In this document: in pieces, positions 35,423-44,942 of the stretch
Layout: each line of letters begins with the position of its first letter
Position numbering within the stretch: the first letter of the stretch is position 1
DNA from: a virus
Lineage: Duplodnaviria; Caudoviricetes
Length of the DNA: 52,860 nucleotides
Strand: one strand, 5' to 3'
Virus record (IMG/VR): IMGVR_UViG_3300044984_001420
Location: 1-52,860 of that record
Position numbers and translations under genes: made by a program
Notes under the pieces: model-generated
Databases searched by the model: none
The model's input: the letters and a program-made list of their open reading frames with translations, nothing else
Told to the model about the DNA's origin: nothing

Positions 35423-35755
35423 ATGGCAACGGCATACAAATATTCACAGGTACAAGGAACAGCAAGCACTGGCACTTACGCCACGTTGTACACCACCCCT
35501 GTAGCAACTCAAGCAGTGATCTCTTCACTCGTTATGACCAACCAGTCTTCGTCTGCGGTTACGGTACGGATTGGTATGGACACTACGGCTGGTACACCGG
35601 GTGCTAGTGAGTTCCTTGTGTATGACGCTGCTATCGCTGGTAACGATACGGTTGCACTTACACTGGGTATTACTATGCCTGCAAGCAATTTTATTCGTGT
35701 GGCCTCGTCAGCAAGTACTTGTAACTTTACTGCGTTCCTATCAGAGATTTCGTAA
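35423..35755 (+). CDS. virion structural protein (fibre-associated)
   Basis: TLYT.P....AVISS....N motif; position. Confidence 0.7.
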   Translation: MATAYKYSQVQGTASTGTYATLYTTPVATQAVISSLVMTNQSSSAVTVRIGMDTTAGTPGASEFLVYDAAIAGNDTVALTLGITMPASNFIRVASSASTCNFTAFLSEIS

Positions 35756-35757
35756 CT

Positions 35758-36510
35758 ATGGCAATAAACAGTTTCAAGAGGGCAGGTTTAGCAAACACTA
35801 ATACTGCTCAAATAATAAACGCAAACTTTTCTGACACTGCTACTGGAACTTATACCGATACTTACAATTACAAGTATTTGACTTTTAATGCTTCTGGTAC
35901 TTTAACGGTAACAACTGCCGGTAACGCGGATCTACTCGTAATAGCGGGAGGTGGGGGTGGAAACAGCAACGGTAACTTTACTTCCGGTAGTGGTGGTGGA
36001 GGTGGATACGTTGAACAAACAATTTATTTGACCGTGGGAACTTGGACGGTAACCGTTGGTGGTGGAGGTTCTTCCGGTTCTGCTGGTACTGATTCTTTAT
36101 TTGTTGCTGGTACGACTGGGCTTCGTCCGGGTATAGTGGCACGAGGTGGTGGACAAGGTGGAACAGGCGACAGTGGCGGTGGTGGGGGTAATGGTGGAAC
36201 CGGCGCTTCAGGTGGTGGAGCGGGTTACGCGGCTGCAAGCGGAGGAACCGCACTTTATTCTGGTTCTCAAGGATTTAATGGTGGCGCTGTATCTGGATCT
36301 AATCGTGGCGCTGGTGGTGGCGCTGGTGGCGCTGCTTCCGGTGCTACTGCCGGTGTAGGTAAAGCATCTTCAATAACAGGCACAGCGGTAACTCGTGCTG
36401 CTGGTGGCCCCAGTTCTGGTGCAGGAACCGCTAATACTGGAAATGGCGCTGGTGCTGGTACAAATGCTGGTGGTTCTGGCATAGTAATCGTTCGAGTGAG
36501 GACAAACTAA
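35758..36510 (+). CDS. Gly-rich fibre protein
   Basis: F.ASGTL...D.LVIAGGGGG...ANTG.G...GGSGIVIVR. Confidence 0.75.
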   Translation: MAINSFKRAGLANTNTAQIINANFSDTATGTYTDTYNYKYLTFNASGTLTVTTAGNADLLVIAGGGGGNSNGNFTSGSGGGGGYVEQTIYLTVGTWTVTVGGGGSSGSAGTDSLFVAGTTGLRPGIVARGGGQGGTGDSGGGGGNGGTGASGGGAGYAAASGGTALYSGSQGFNGGAVSGSNRGAGGGAGGAASGATAGVGKASSITGTAVTRAAGGPSSGAGTANTGNGAGAGTNAGGSGIVIVRVRTN

Positions 36511-38222
36511 TGACTATTACTAAACTTTCAACTGCTCTCGGTGCAGGGTCAGCAATCCCAACAGCGGGTCGTTTCGCACAAATTAGTAGCGGTGGAACTG
36601 TTACGAGTTATACGGATTCTGGTATCACCTATGAAGTGAGGACGTTTACTTCTAGTGGTTCGCTGGTGGTGTCTTCTTCCGGTGTCGTTGATGTTTTGGT
36701 TGTTGCCGCAGGCGCAGGCGGCGGTGGTGGCGCTCGTGGTGGTGGAGGTGGTGCGGGTCAAGCCTTAGTTTTTAACAGTTTGTTTTTGACGGCTGCAACT
36801 CACACTGTAACGATTGGCGCTGGTGGAACTGGTGGAAGTTCAAACAACGTTGGACTTTCCGGGTCGGGTTCTCGTTTAGGTTCTTTAGAATCTTGCGGTG
36901 GTGGTGGTGGTGGTTCTAATTACGTGACAGCAGGCACCATCTCTGCAATGGTTACAAAGGGCAGGGATGGCGGTAACGGTGGCGGTGGCGGTGGTGATGC
37001 TTCTTCAGCCGGTGGCCTAGCGTTAGTTACTTCAGGTTTTGCTGGTGGAACTGCGGCTAACCCTCAAGGTTCCGGCGGTGGCGGTGGCGGAGCAGGCGCT
37101 GTTGGTAGCGCCGGTTCAGGAACAGCCGGTGGTGCTGGCGGCGCTGGGATTTCCTCGTCCATAACTGGTTCTTCAGTTAGTTATGCCGGTGGAGGTGGTG
37201 GCGCGGGTGTTACGACAACTGGTTCTGCTGGCGCTGGCGGGGCTGGTGGCGGTGGTGCTGGAAATATAACTAGCAGCGGAACGGCGGGGTCGGCCAATTT
37301 TGGAGGTGGTGGCGGTGGTGCTGTTGCCACTGGTGGAGCCGGTGGCTCTGGTGTTGTGATCGTCCGAACAATTACTGCCGGTTCAGCAGCGGGTGTAAAT
37401 GCTACTGGTGGAACGGTTACGACTTACACGGGTGATGGTACGAATGGTGTGAACGGTCAGTTGTATCGTGTTCATTCGTTTACTTCGAGTTCTTCGCTTG
37501 TTGTGAGTGGTGCAGGGTTTGTGGACTGCCTCGTTGTTGGTGGCGGTGGTGGCGGTGGAAGCCTTCAAGGTGGGGGCGGTGGCGCTGGTGGTCATTTATA
37601 TTTGACAAACGCTTACTTGGCCGCTGGCACAGCAACAGTTGTGGTGGGTGCTGGAGGCGCTGGAGCAACTGCCGATCTTAGTTTTCAACCGTCTGGTGCT
37701 AATGGCGAAACATCAAGCGTTGGTTCCTATTACGGAGTAGGCGGTGGTGGCGGGGGTGGTGGTATAGGTGGCGCTGGAAGTCGCGGCAAAGGTTTTGCCG
37801 GTGGGTCTGGTGGCGGTAGCGGTAGCCCTGTTGTAGCCACAGGAGGTTCAGGCATATCAAATCAAGGAAACACTGGTGGGACATCAAACAGCAGCGTGGG
37901 TGGCGGTGGAGGTGGAGCCGGTGCGGTTGGAAGTAATGGCGCAGCAAGCGTAGGTGGTGCTGGTGGTGCAGGTCTAGCCAATCTCATCACAGGAACTAGC
38001 GTGACTCGTGCTGGTGGTGGTGGTGGAGGTTTATCTGCTGGAACAGCGGGTGCGGGTGGAACTGGTGGCGGTGGTGCGGGAACGACAAACAACACCACAG
38101 CAACCTCGGCAACTGCAAACACTGGTGGCGGTGGCGGTGGTGGTGGCTACACATCACCCGGTGCTGGTGGTTCTGGCGGCGCAGGCGGTTCCGGCATAGT
38201 AATCGTTCGCTATCCAATCTAA
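36510..38222 (+). CDS. Gly-rich fibre protein with two tandem domains
   Basis: Two units FTSS.SL...D.LVV.(A/G)G.GG...GGSG(V/I)VIVR. Confidence 0.75.
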   Translation: MTITKLSTALGAGSAIPTAGRFAQISSGGTVTSYTDSGITYEVRTFTSSGSLVVSSSGVVDVLVVAAGAGGGGGARGGGGGAGQALVFNSLFLTAATHTVTIGAGGTGGSSNNVGLSGSGSRLGSLESCGGGGGGSNYVTAGTISAMVTKGRDGGNGGGGGGDASSAGGLALVTSGFAGGTAANPQGSGGGGGGAGAVGSAGSGTAGGAGGAGISSSITGSSVSYAGGGGGAGVTTTGSAGAGGAGGGGAGNITSSGTAGSANFGGGGGGAVATGGAGGSGVVIVRTITAGSAAGVNATGGTVTTYTGDGTNGVNGQLYRVHSFTSSSSLVVSGAGFVDCLVVGGGGGGGSLQGGGGGAGGHLYLTNAYLAAGTATVVVGAGGAGATADLSFQPSGANGETSSVGSYYGVGGGGGGGGIGGAGSRGKGFAGGSGGGSGSPVVATGGSGISNQGNTGGTSNSSVGGGGGGAGAVGSNGAASVGGAGGAGLANLITGTSVTRAGGGGGGLSAGTAGAGGTGGGGAGTTNNTTATSATANTGGGGGGGGYTSPGAGGSGGAGGSGIVIVRYPI

Positions 38223-38247
38223 AACAAATAACGAGAGGAAAACAATA

Positions 38248-38499
38248 ATGGCACATGCAGCAAGAATTGAAGATGGAATTGTTCGGGAAGTAATCGTTGT
38301 TCCTGATGATTTGGATGCAACTGAATCGGATGCAGCGATTGAGGCGTACATTCACGGTATTGGTTTGAGCGGTACTTGGATTCGTACGAGTTACAACGCT
38401 ACTAATGGTTTCCGTGGGTGCTATGCGGGGATCGGTTACGCTTATGATAGCGAAGCAGATGTGTTTGTTCCGCCCGTGGTTGAGGTAGTAGAAGCATAA
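38248..38499 (+). CDS. small partner of a Gly-rich fibre (MAHAA family)
   Basis: MAHAARIEDG.V..VIVV...WIRTSYN...FRG.YAGIGY.YD...D.F. Confidence 0.75.
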   Translation: MAHAARIEDGIVREVIVVPDDLDATESDAAIEAYIHGIGLSGTWIRTSYNATNGFRGCYAGIGYAYDSEADVFVPPVVEVVEA

Positions 38500-38537
38500 C
38501 CGGTCGGAACAATACCTTTTTCAGTATAGTTGTGCCC

Positions 38538-38574
38538 GACAAAAGTCGCATTGAAGCACTGACAAAAGTCGCAT
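38538..38574. repeat. 14-bp direct repeat GACAAAAGTCGCAT x2
   Basis: Copies at 38538-38551 and 38561-38574, intergenic. Confidence 0.8.
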
Positions 38575-38701
38575 AGACGGGGCATAAACCCTGTTTATGT
38601 GCGCTATCGTATCCCTTAAATACGTTTAAGCACACAAACATTCTTATGTGACCATGTAATCTACATTTAAGGTTTACGATTTACATGGAAGAGGGGCATG
38701 A

Positions 38702-39379
38702 ATGAGGATTGCACTTGTCACGGCTTGTTTCGGTTCGTATGATCCGATTCGGGCTTTGCCTGCTGATCATGGTTTCGATGACGCGGTACTTGTGACTAAT
38801 GACCGATCTTTCGCAACAGATACGGTATCGCGTATCGGGTGGCGGGTTCATCTGGAGAGTCCTAAGGAGTCGCCAAGGTTGGCGGCTAAGCGACCGAAGA
38901 TGATGCCGTGGCTTTATACGGATTGTGATGCGGCGGTGTGGTTGGATGCTTCGTTTGAGATTATTGGGGTGGGCTTTCGTAATTGGGTTGAGGATCATTT
39001 GACCCGAAATGATTTCGTGGTGTGGGCTCACCCGGAGGGGAGGATTTGTATCCGTCAGGAGGCTGATGTGTGTTGGGACTTCCCGAAGTACAAGGGCCAG
39101 CCTATCCGGGAGCAGGTAAATGCTTACGGGCTTGAAGGATTCCCGGGGTTTTGGGGGCTTTTTGCGGCGGGAACTGTCGGGTACAGGTTTACTGACGAGG
39201 CTAAGCGTTTCGGGGCTCTGTGGCACGCTGAGAACGTTAAATGGAGTGTTCAGGATCAAATCTCCTTGCCGTATCTTTTGTGGCGTGAGGGTAAGCCTTT
39301 CGGTTTGTGGGCTGGCAATGAGTACGCGAATCCGTATGTTCGAGTCCGGTGGGATCAGCGGCCTAATAATGCGTTGTGA
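38702..39379 (+). CDS. glycosyltransferase (DUF616-like GT-A)
   Basis: TACFGSYD, K.PKMMP, VWLDAS, HP.GR.CI.QEA, QDQISLPY.LW. Confidence 0.8.
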   Translation: MRIALVTACFGSYDPIRALPADHGFDDAVLVTNDRSFATDTVSRIGWRVHLESPKESPRLAAKRPKMMPWLYTDCDAAVWLDASFEIIGVGFRNWVEDHLTRNDFVVWAHPEGRICIRQEADVCWDFPKYKGQPIREQVNAYGLEGFPGFWGLFAAGTVGYRFTDEAKRFGALWHAENVKWSVQDQISLPYLLWREGKPFGLWAGNEYANPYVRVRWDQRPNNAL

Positions 39380-40041
39380 ATGTGTTCGTGTAGCCTGATT
39401 TTTGGTTCCCATTCGGGCAGTCGTTCTAAAGGGTAGACAAGTTCGGCGTCAGGGTATCCGACGAACTCAGGGACTTTTAAGCCGTATCTGGCGGCTATAT
39501 CTAATGGGCTGGATGATTTACCCCACCCCGCCATGTAGACACCTCTGGGACTGTCTAATGCAACCAAACAGGCGGCTGCCACATCTTTCACATGAATGAA
39601 GTCTCGTGGTTCTTTCGATAGCCCGATTAAGGGTTCCCCTGTTTTAATGGACTGAATTATTTGGGGGATGATTCCTCTACCCACCCGTGCTCCGTCACCA
39701 TAAATTGAGTAGGGAATGATGTGGACTGCGCTGAACATTCTTGTCTGCCGCTCTTTTAATTTTGTGTAAAGCACTTCACGACAGTTGCCTTCGGAGATTT
39801 GCCACCATGAACCGACAATAACAATTCTCTGTAATTTTGATTCTGTCAGATATTTCTGGATTTCTTGGTTAAATTCTTCGAATTGAATTACTGTACTATC
39901 GTCACGATAATTGGGTGCTGCCGCATGAATGAGTCCGGTTAATTCAATATCTGGCATTGTTCGCCCAATCGGGTAGGCATCCGGGATGAGATCCATTAAG
40001 GCTTGCCCTAGATGTCCTGATGCACCCGTTACCCCGATCAT
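39355..40041 (-). CDS. NAD-dependent epimerase/dehydratase
   Basis: GVTGASGHLG, IHAAA, YTKLK (YxxxK), IYG, RDFIHVKDVA. Confidence 0.9.
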   Translation of the reverse strand: MIGVTGASGHLGQALMDLIPDAYPIGRTMPDIELTGLIHAAAPNYRDDSTVIQFEEFNQEIQKYLTESKLQRIVIVGSWWQISEGNCREVLYTKLKERQTRMFSAVHIIPYSIYGDGARVGRGIIPQIIQSIKTGEPLIGLSKEPRDFIHVKDVAAACLVALDSPRGVYMAGWGKSSSPLDIAARYGLKVPEFVGYPDAELVYPLERLPEWEPKIRLHEHIHNALLGR

Positions 40042-40757
40042 TGCAGGGACTCAATAAAGCGATAAGACTCTTCATGACAATCATGGAGGGTTGCTGGATC
40101 TGTTTCTCGGAGCAGACGGGTGAGGCTTTTTCTTTCGTCTTGCAGGTCGTCTAGGTGGCAAAGTATTTCAGGTGTGTAGGCCATAAGTTCAGGGTGTGCA
40201 GCGACCGTGGCGTAGTTGATTAACACGTTAGGTCCGACCCCTGATTCAAAGGCTTGCGGGGATAAGTGACGCATAAGCGACCATGATTCAACAAGGGCAT
40301 CTCGGCGTATGAGTGCCGTCACGGGGCTGACGGAGAGGATTCCTTGACGCACGGCTTGCGGTATTGGAATGTCAGGTGTCCACGAGTTGTAAACAGGTTG
40401 GCCTGTCCATGCAAAGGTTGACCCGCATTGTGACACCAAAGTGGTATCGCTTGCGATACTCAGGAGTCGTTCGCAACATTCGGGTTCAAGCCAATCATCA
40501 TCAAAAACATATTTGATCCAATCCCCTTTGGATGCCATGAAACCAAGCATCCAGTTCCATGTGATGTTGACTTTTTTATCCGACCTAAGATAAGTGATGC
40601 GCTCGTCCGTTAATGAAAGAACATATTCCATTGTTCCATCATTCGAGTTATTATCGGACACGATTATTTCAACGGGCACGGTCTGTTGAAGGCATGAATG
40701 TAAGGCTCTTTTAAATGCTTCACCCCTGTTATGAGTGGGGATTATGCAAGAGATCAT
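40038..40757 (-). CDS. GT2-family glycosyltransferase
   Basis: ISCIIPTHNR, EIIVSDNNSNDGT, FDDDWL.P. Confidence 0.9.
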   Translation of the reverse strand: MISCIIPTHNRGEAFKRALHSCLQQTVPVEIIVSDNNSNDGTMEYVLSLTDERITYLRSDKKVNITWNWMLGFMASKGDWIKYVFDDDWLEPECCERLLSIASDTTLVSQCGSTFAWTGQPVYNSWTPDIPIPQAVRQGILSVSPVTALIRRDALVESWSLMRHLSPQAFESGVGPNVLINYATVAAHPELMAYTPEILCHLDDLQDERKSLTRLLRETDPATLHDCHEESYRFIESLQ

Positions 40758-41398
40758 TTCATGCTCTTTACGATTTCGGCCCAATGTTGCTCATCTACGC
40801 CGTTGCTGATGTTGTGATCTGCGAGGTTGTAATAATAGTCGCTGCGTCCGGTGGGTATAAAACGTGCTTTTTGTTTTGCACACCCAATCCAGAAAACCCA
40901 ATCCTCAAAGATCATATCCTCAAACTTATTGTTTTCCCACAATGTTTTTCTAAATGGGGAGCCAGAAAAGATCAAATTGTGTTCCGACTCAAGAATCGTC
41001 TCGTGAGTAAAGGATGTTGGTAGCAGGCTTTGTGTTTGTCCGTCCCTGTCCAGCGTTATACCGAACATAATTACATCTGCCTCAGTTGACAAATCGTTGA
41101 AGGCGTGAGGGTAGATGCGGTCGTCGGCATCCATTTTGCAGATCCATTCCGTTTTACATTCAGCAATTGCTTCATTAACGAGAACTTGAGGGTGATGCTT
41201 CCAAGTCGTGTCGGATTGAATGACCGTTCCCTCTATGTTGAGTTTGCTTGTCGCTTCGGCTATGTGATCATCGAGACGGTCTGTAACAATGCAATAAAAG
41301 TCGGGTGCGGTTTCGAGTTGGGATACCGATTGCGCCCAATTGGGTAAAAAGGCGCGATAAGTGTCCCCGTGAGCCACTGTCACGATTCCGACGTTCAT
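40754..41398 (-). CDS. GT-A (GT2-like) glycosyltransferase
   Basis: N.AI....TEWI.KMDADD...P; EDW.FW. Confidence 0.8.
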   Translation of the reverse strand: MNVGIVTVAHGDTYRAFLPNWAQSVSQLETAPDFYCIVTDRLDDHIAEATSKLNIEGTVIQSDTTWKHHPQVLVNEAIAECKTEWICKMDADDRIYPHAFNDLSTEADVIMFGITLDRDGQTQSLLPTSFTHETILESEHNLIFSGSPFRKTLWENNKFEDMIFEDWVFWIGCAKQKARFIPTGRSDYYYNLADHNISNGVDEQHWAEIVKSMK

Positions 41399-41440
41399 AA
41401 GGGTAGTATTTCACGGAAGCCAACTTTTTAGGGGATCTGC

Positions 41441-42493
41441 GTGCCAAGTGCCGGTTTTATTTCCACGGATTTTGCTACCACTGTGGATCCACCTGTCCCA
41501 AATGGGTGTACTTGGTATCGAATGGTGCTGCCTTCCCGTCAATTGAGTGCTTTGGGGTGGGATATCGCAGTTGGTTTGCCTCGCGTCCATCCCGAGAAGG
41601 GTTTTGGTGTTGCTCATGAGGATGGAGCCTTTTTTGGTTGGGATGTTAATGTTTTTAAGTTACTGATGCACGAGTCAACATCCGAGATTTTTAAAATCAT
41701 GCAGCAAAATGGAGATAAAATTATTGTTGACGTGGATGATTTTCATTTTGGTATTCATGAAGAAAATATTGCTGCAAGCAAAACGCACCCTAATTTGAAC
41801 ACGGAAAACAACCGCATGTTTTTTGAAATGGGTATCAGGCAAGCCAACACTGTCACGGTGTCCACCCAATTTTTGGCTAATTTTTATGAGAGACGTTGTC
41901 GAGATGTCCGTATCGTGCGTAACGCTGTTGATGTCGAGCGCTTCACAATACAACCTCAACCTGAAACCCCTATTTTTGGTTGGGTAGGCGGGACCATGTG
42001 GCGCTCAGGTGACATAGAATTATTGTCACAGTGGCTTCCTAGTTTCGTGGAAGATTTTGATGTGCAAGTTCACCACTCAGGTCACATACCAAATGATTCT
42101 CGACATTTTGCTGTCCGCGCTGGGTTAAAAAAAGTAACCACTGTGCTTATGAGTCCCGTTCCTGACTACCCCAAATTATTGAATCATTTTCATGTCGGGC
42201 TTGTGCCTTTGACAAGAAATCTTTTTAATGAGGCTAAAAGTAATCTTAAAGGGCTTGAATATGCTGCAGCAGGGATTCCCTTTATTGCTACTCCCACGGA
42301 GGAATACAGGCTTCTTCATGAGGCAGGGGTTGGAAGGTTGGCTACTTCTCCTGACGAATGGCGGGATCATGCCATTGCTTTATTGGATCCTGCGATACGA
42401 CAATTTGAGGCTAAAAAAAATTGGGAGATTGTTAATGCTGAATTTAATATGGCTACGAAAGGAAACGAATGGGCTTCCGCACTACTTGGTTAG
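41441..42493 (+). CDS. GT-B (GT4-like) glycosyltransferase
   Basis: DVDD, VTVST..LA, RNAVD, GLVPL....FNEAKSNLKGLEYAAAGIP.IA. Confidence 0.88.
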   Translation: MPSAGFISTDFATTVDPPVPNGCTWYRMVLPSRQLSALGWDIAVGLPRVHPEKGFGVAHEDGAFFGWDVNVFKLLMHESTSEIFKIMQQNGDKIIVDVDDFHFGIHEENIAASKTHPNLNTENNRMFFEMGIRQANTVTVSTQFLANFYERRCRDVRIVRNAVDVERFTIQPQPETPIFGWVGGTMWRSGDIELLSQWLPSFVEDFDVQVHHSGHIPNDSRHFAVRAGLKKVTTVLMSPVPDYPKLLNHFHVGLVPLTRNLFNEAKSNLKGLEYAAAGIPFIATPTEEYRLLHEAGVGRLATSPDEWRDHAIALLDPAIRQFEAKKNWEIVNAEFNMATKGNEWASALLG

Positions 42494-43074
42494 AGCATGA
42501 GGGTTTCTTGTCTGTTCACACTGAAGATTTTCTTCATGCCATTGATCGTATAATTCCAGAAAAACCGATTGATATTTTACTTCTTGGGGTTGGCAACGGT
42601 GGAGACATAGAGGTTTGGAAAAAAACATTGCCTGAAGGTTCTAGCGTTACGGCTGTAGACGATAAGGCTTTAACTTCTGACCTTAATCTTCAAGTTATTG
42701 TTGCTGATTTAAACAATAAAAGCCTGATGCGAAGTTTTCTTTTTGGATCTTGGTTTCATGTGATCATTGATGCTACTGGAACTTTCATGCCTCATGTTTG
42801 GCCGTTTCTCCGAGCGGGGGGAGTTTTCGTCGTAGAGAACTATCAACACGATATTTTAACGAAACTAGTTCGCGACCTTGCAGAAGATAATGACTCTGTT
42901 TTACCCACGGAAGAAATAATGTTTATGTCTGTCTTTCCTAATGTCGTTAGTCTTGAGAAAAGAAATCCTAGAGTTGTTCCTTACCTCGCAATTATTACAG
43001 GTAAGAATGATCCCGTTGTTAAAGAAAAAATTTATCAGGAACAAGGAGCAAAAAGAGTGGTTGTCCAATCATAA
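42469..43074 (+). CDS. class I SAM-methyltransferase-like protein (divergent)
   Basis: ILLLGVGNGG...W, F.VIIDA, L..GG.FVVE. Confidence 0.65.
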   Translation: MGFRTTWLEHEGFLSVHTEDFLHAIDRIIPEKPIDILLLGVGNGGDIEVWKKTLPEGSSVTAVDDKALTSDLNLQVIVADLNNKSLMRSFLFGSWFHVIIDATGTFMPHVWPFLRAGGVFVVENYQHDILTKLVRDLAEDNDSVLPTEEIMFMSVFPNVVSLEKRNPRVVPYLAIITGKNDPVVKEKIYQEQGAKRVVVQS

Positions 43075-43176
43075 ACTACCCTTTAGTCATCTGGAGGTGG
43101 CAAAATAGGGGTACTTGACTTGCAATTATGGCAACTCAAGGGGCTTTGCTTCCCATCCCTACTTCGAAAGTAAATT

Positions 43177-43536
43177 ATGCCGATTCAAGACATCTTGGCT
43201 TTTGCCGTTGGAGGCATCGCCATCCTTACTTTTATGGGTCTTGTTCATAAAATGTTTTTAAACAAAATTTTTGTAGAGTTCAGAGAAGCGCTTTTATGGT
43301 TCCGTAAGTTTCAAAGGGATTGGGACGGCGAGGATGCAAGCCCCGGGAGAGACTCCGTACCGGGGGTTATGGAGCGCCTCAACAGGATTGATGGGGAGTT
43401 AAAGCGCAACGGTGGCTCGACCTTGAAGGATAAAGTTTTTGAGACATGGGAAAAAGTTGAGAATCTTGATGAACGGGTTGATTCAATAGAGGCAACGCAA
43501 TTGGCGATACAAAAGTCTATTCAAAAGGATAAATAG
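43177..43536 (+). CDS. membrane protein of the lysis region
   Basis: N-terminal TM segment; W.GE...PG...PGVMERL...EL..NGGS.LKD. Confidence 0.7.
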   Translation: MPIQDILAFAVGGIAILTFMGLVHKMFLNKIFVEFREALLWFRKFQRDWDGEDASPGRDSVPGVMERLNRIDGELKRNGGSTLKDKVFETWEKVENLDERVDSIEATQLAIQKSIQKDK

Positions 43537-43552
43537 GGGTTAGACTCCAACA

Positions 43553-43867
43553 ATGGATAAAAAACCGTTAGTAAAAAAGACTGTCGCTGCAGACCCCGTT
43601 CCAACGGTTCGACGCTCAATTTTGTCGCTGGAATTGAAGCATCCTTTGGCTCAAGGAGATATTGGTGGTCAGGTGCATAAAGCACAGGATGCACTTTCAA
43701 AACTTGGCTTCGATGATTTTAAAGTCAATGGACGTTTCGGCTCAGTAATGAGTAAGGCAGTTCGTCGTTTTCAGGAATCACGAGGTTTAAGAATCACGGG
43801 AGAAATTGATTCCCGGACGTGGGAGTCTTTGTTTCAACCCGATTCAAAAACAAAAATAAAGGAGTAA
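43553..43867 (+). CDS. stand-alone peptidoglycan-binding domain protein
   Basis: L.QGD.G..V...Q..L..LGF....G.FG.....AVRRFQ..RGL.ITG.ID..TW..L. Confidence 0.85.
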   Translation: MDKKPLVKKTVAADPVPTVRRSILSLELKHPLAQGDIGGQVHKAQDALSKLGFDDFKVNGRFGSVMSKAVRRFQESRGLRITGEIDSRTWESLFQPDSKTKIKE

Positions 43868-43869
43868 TT

Positions 43870-44073
43870 ATGCCCGCAATTCCTGCTGTTTGGAGAAAAT
43901 GGCTTTACGTCGTTGGTATTGCTTTTGTTCCCGTTACTCAGGCTTTTGGTTGGATTGATGACAATAAAGCCATTGCTATAACCGGCCTTGTCTATGCCGT
44001 ATTTATGGGGGGATTGGCTGCCGCTAATGTGCAGACGGTTCCCGTTGATCAGTTTCAGGAGGCCGCAGAGTGA
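43870..44073 (+). CDS. holin (putative)
   Basis: Two TM segments, RKWLY.V...GLAAANV; adjacent to the endolysin. Confidence 0.75.
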   Translation: MPAIPAVWRKWLYVVGIAFVPVTQAFGWIDDNKAIAITGLVYAVFMGGLAAANVQTVPVDQFQEAAE

Positions 44074-44723
44074 AGGTTTCACCACAGCGTCTTGAAAATC
44101 ATTTGAAGAAATGGAAAATTGATTACAATTTGGTGAAGGGCTGGGATTCCCCGAGCATTGATCCTTACAAGGGAAACAGTGTTTTTTCTGGGGTTTTGTT
44201 GCATCATACTGCCGGGACCAACAGCGAGCATTACATTTGTTTCACGAATCCTTATGCTCCCGTTCGGGCGGCACACTTCCTCGTGAATCGTGATGGTTCT
44301 GTTTCAGTGTGTTCGGGTTCTGGTGCTTATCATGCTGGGCTCGGTGGTCCTTGGACTTTTACTAAAACGGTGACCGTGCCGAAGGATCAAGGGAACTCGC
44401 GTCTTTACGGTATTGAGATTGAATCTTTGGGCACCAGTGCCACGATCAGTGGAACGCAAAAGGGAATGACTTTAGAGCAAGTTATATCTACCGCTACCTT
44501 GTCGGTGGCCTTGCTTGATGCAATGGTCAAAGGTCCGTTGATGTTGGGCGTCGAGCGGGTAATTCGTCACCGCGATTGGACCACGAGGAAGCCCGACGTT
44601 AAACAAGATTTGGACTGGTGGCGACAGGTCATAAATTTGGCTCGCAAGGCCAAGGGTGATCCGGCTTTAACTCGGACGTTGATCACGGAATATGTAAATC
44701 GATACCCCAAGGGAAAAATTTAA
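44070..44723 (+). CDS. endolysin, N-acetylmuramoyl-L-alanine amidase (Amidase_2)
   Basis: LLHHTAG, AHFLV.RDG, AYHAG.G, GIEIE, IRHRDW...K.D. Confidence 0.92.
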   Translation: MKVSPQRLENHLKKWKIDYNLVKGWDSPSIDPYKGNSVFSGVLLHHTAGTNSEHYICFTNPYAPVRAAHFLVNRDGSVSVCSGSGAYHAGLGGPWTFTKTVTVPKDQGNSRLYGIEIESLGTSATISGTQKGMTLEQVISTATLSVALLDAMVKGPLMLGVERVIRHRDWTTRKPDVKQDLDWWRQVINLARKAKGDPALTRTLITEYVNRYPKGKI

Positions 44724-44735
44724 TCTCAAGAGACG

Positions 44736-44764
44736 AAATCCCCCTCACGGGGGTTTTTGTTTTT
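44736..44764 (+). terminator. rho-independent terminator after the lysis genes
   Basis: CCCCC-TCAC-GGGGG followed by TTTTTGTTTTT. Confidence 0.75.
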
Positions 44765-44877
44765 GGGGGCGGAGGAGCGCCGTAAGACCCCAAACAACGC
44801 TCCTCCGCGTGGCATCGGAGACTCTAGGGGAGAGGATGAGTCATCGACGATGTTACAGATATTGTGTCATAACTTGG

Positions 44878-44938
44878 ACCCCCTCAACACAGGACTAAAG
44901 GGGGGTGTATGATTCATACAACCCCAAGCAAGGAGAGG
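44878..44938 (+). promoter_or_regulatory. variant promoter/operator of the recombination-replication operon
   Basis: CTAAAGGGGGGTGTATGATTCATACAACCCCAAGCAAGGAGAGG; near-palindrome 44902-44925; related to the 47.6 kb site. Confidence 0.6.
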
Positions 44939-44942
44939 CGCA

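Noticed and set aside
35940-38200. GGTGGC-rich repeats as a DNA repeat element or DGR target
   Set aside because: Explained by poly-Gly coding; no reverse transcriptase or TR/VR pair seen.
39355-41440. Invertase-controlled phase-variable segment
   Set aside because: No flanking inverted repeats found by eye and no recombinase in the window; the left boundary overlaps the neighbouring gene's end.
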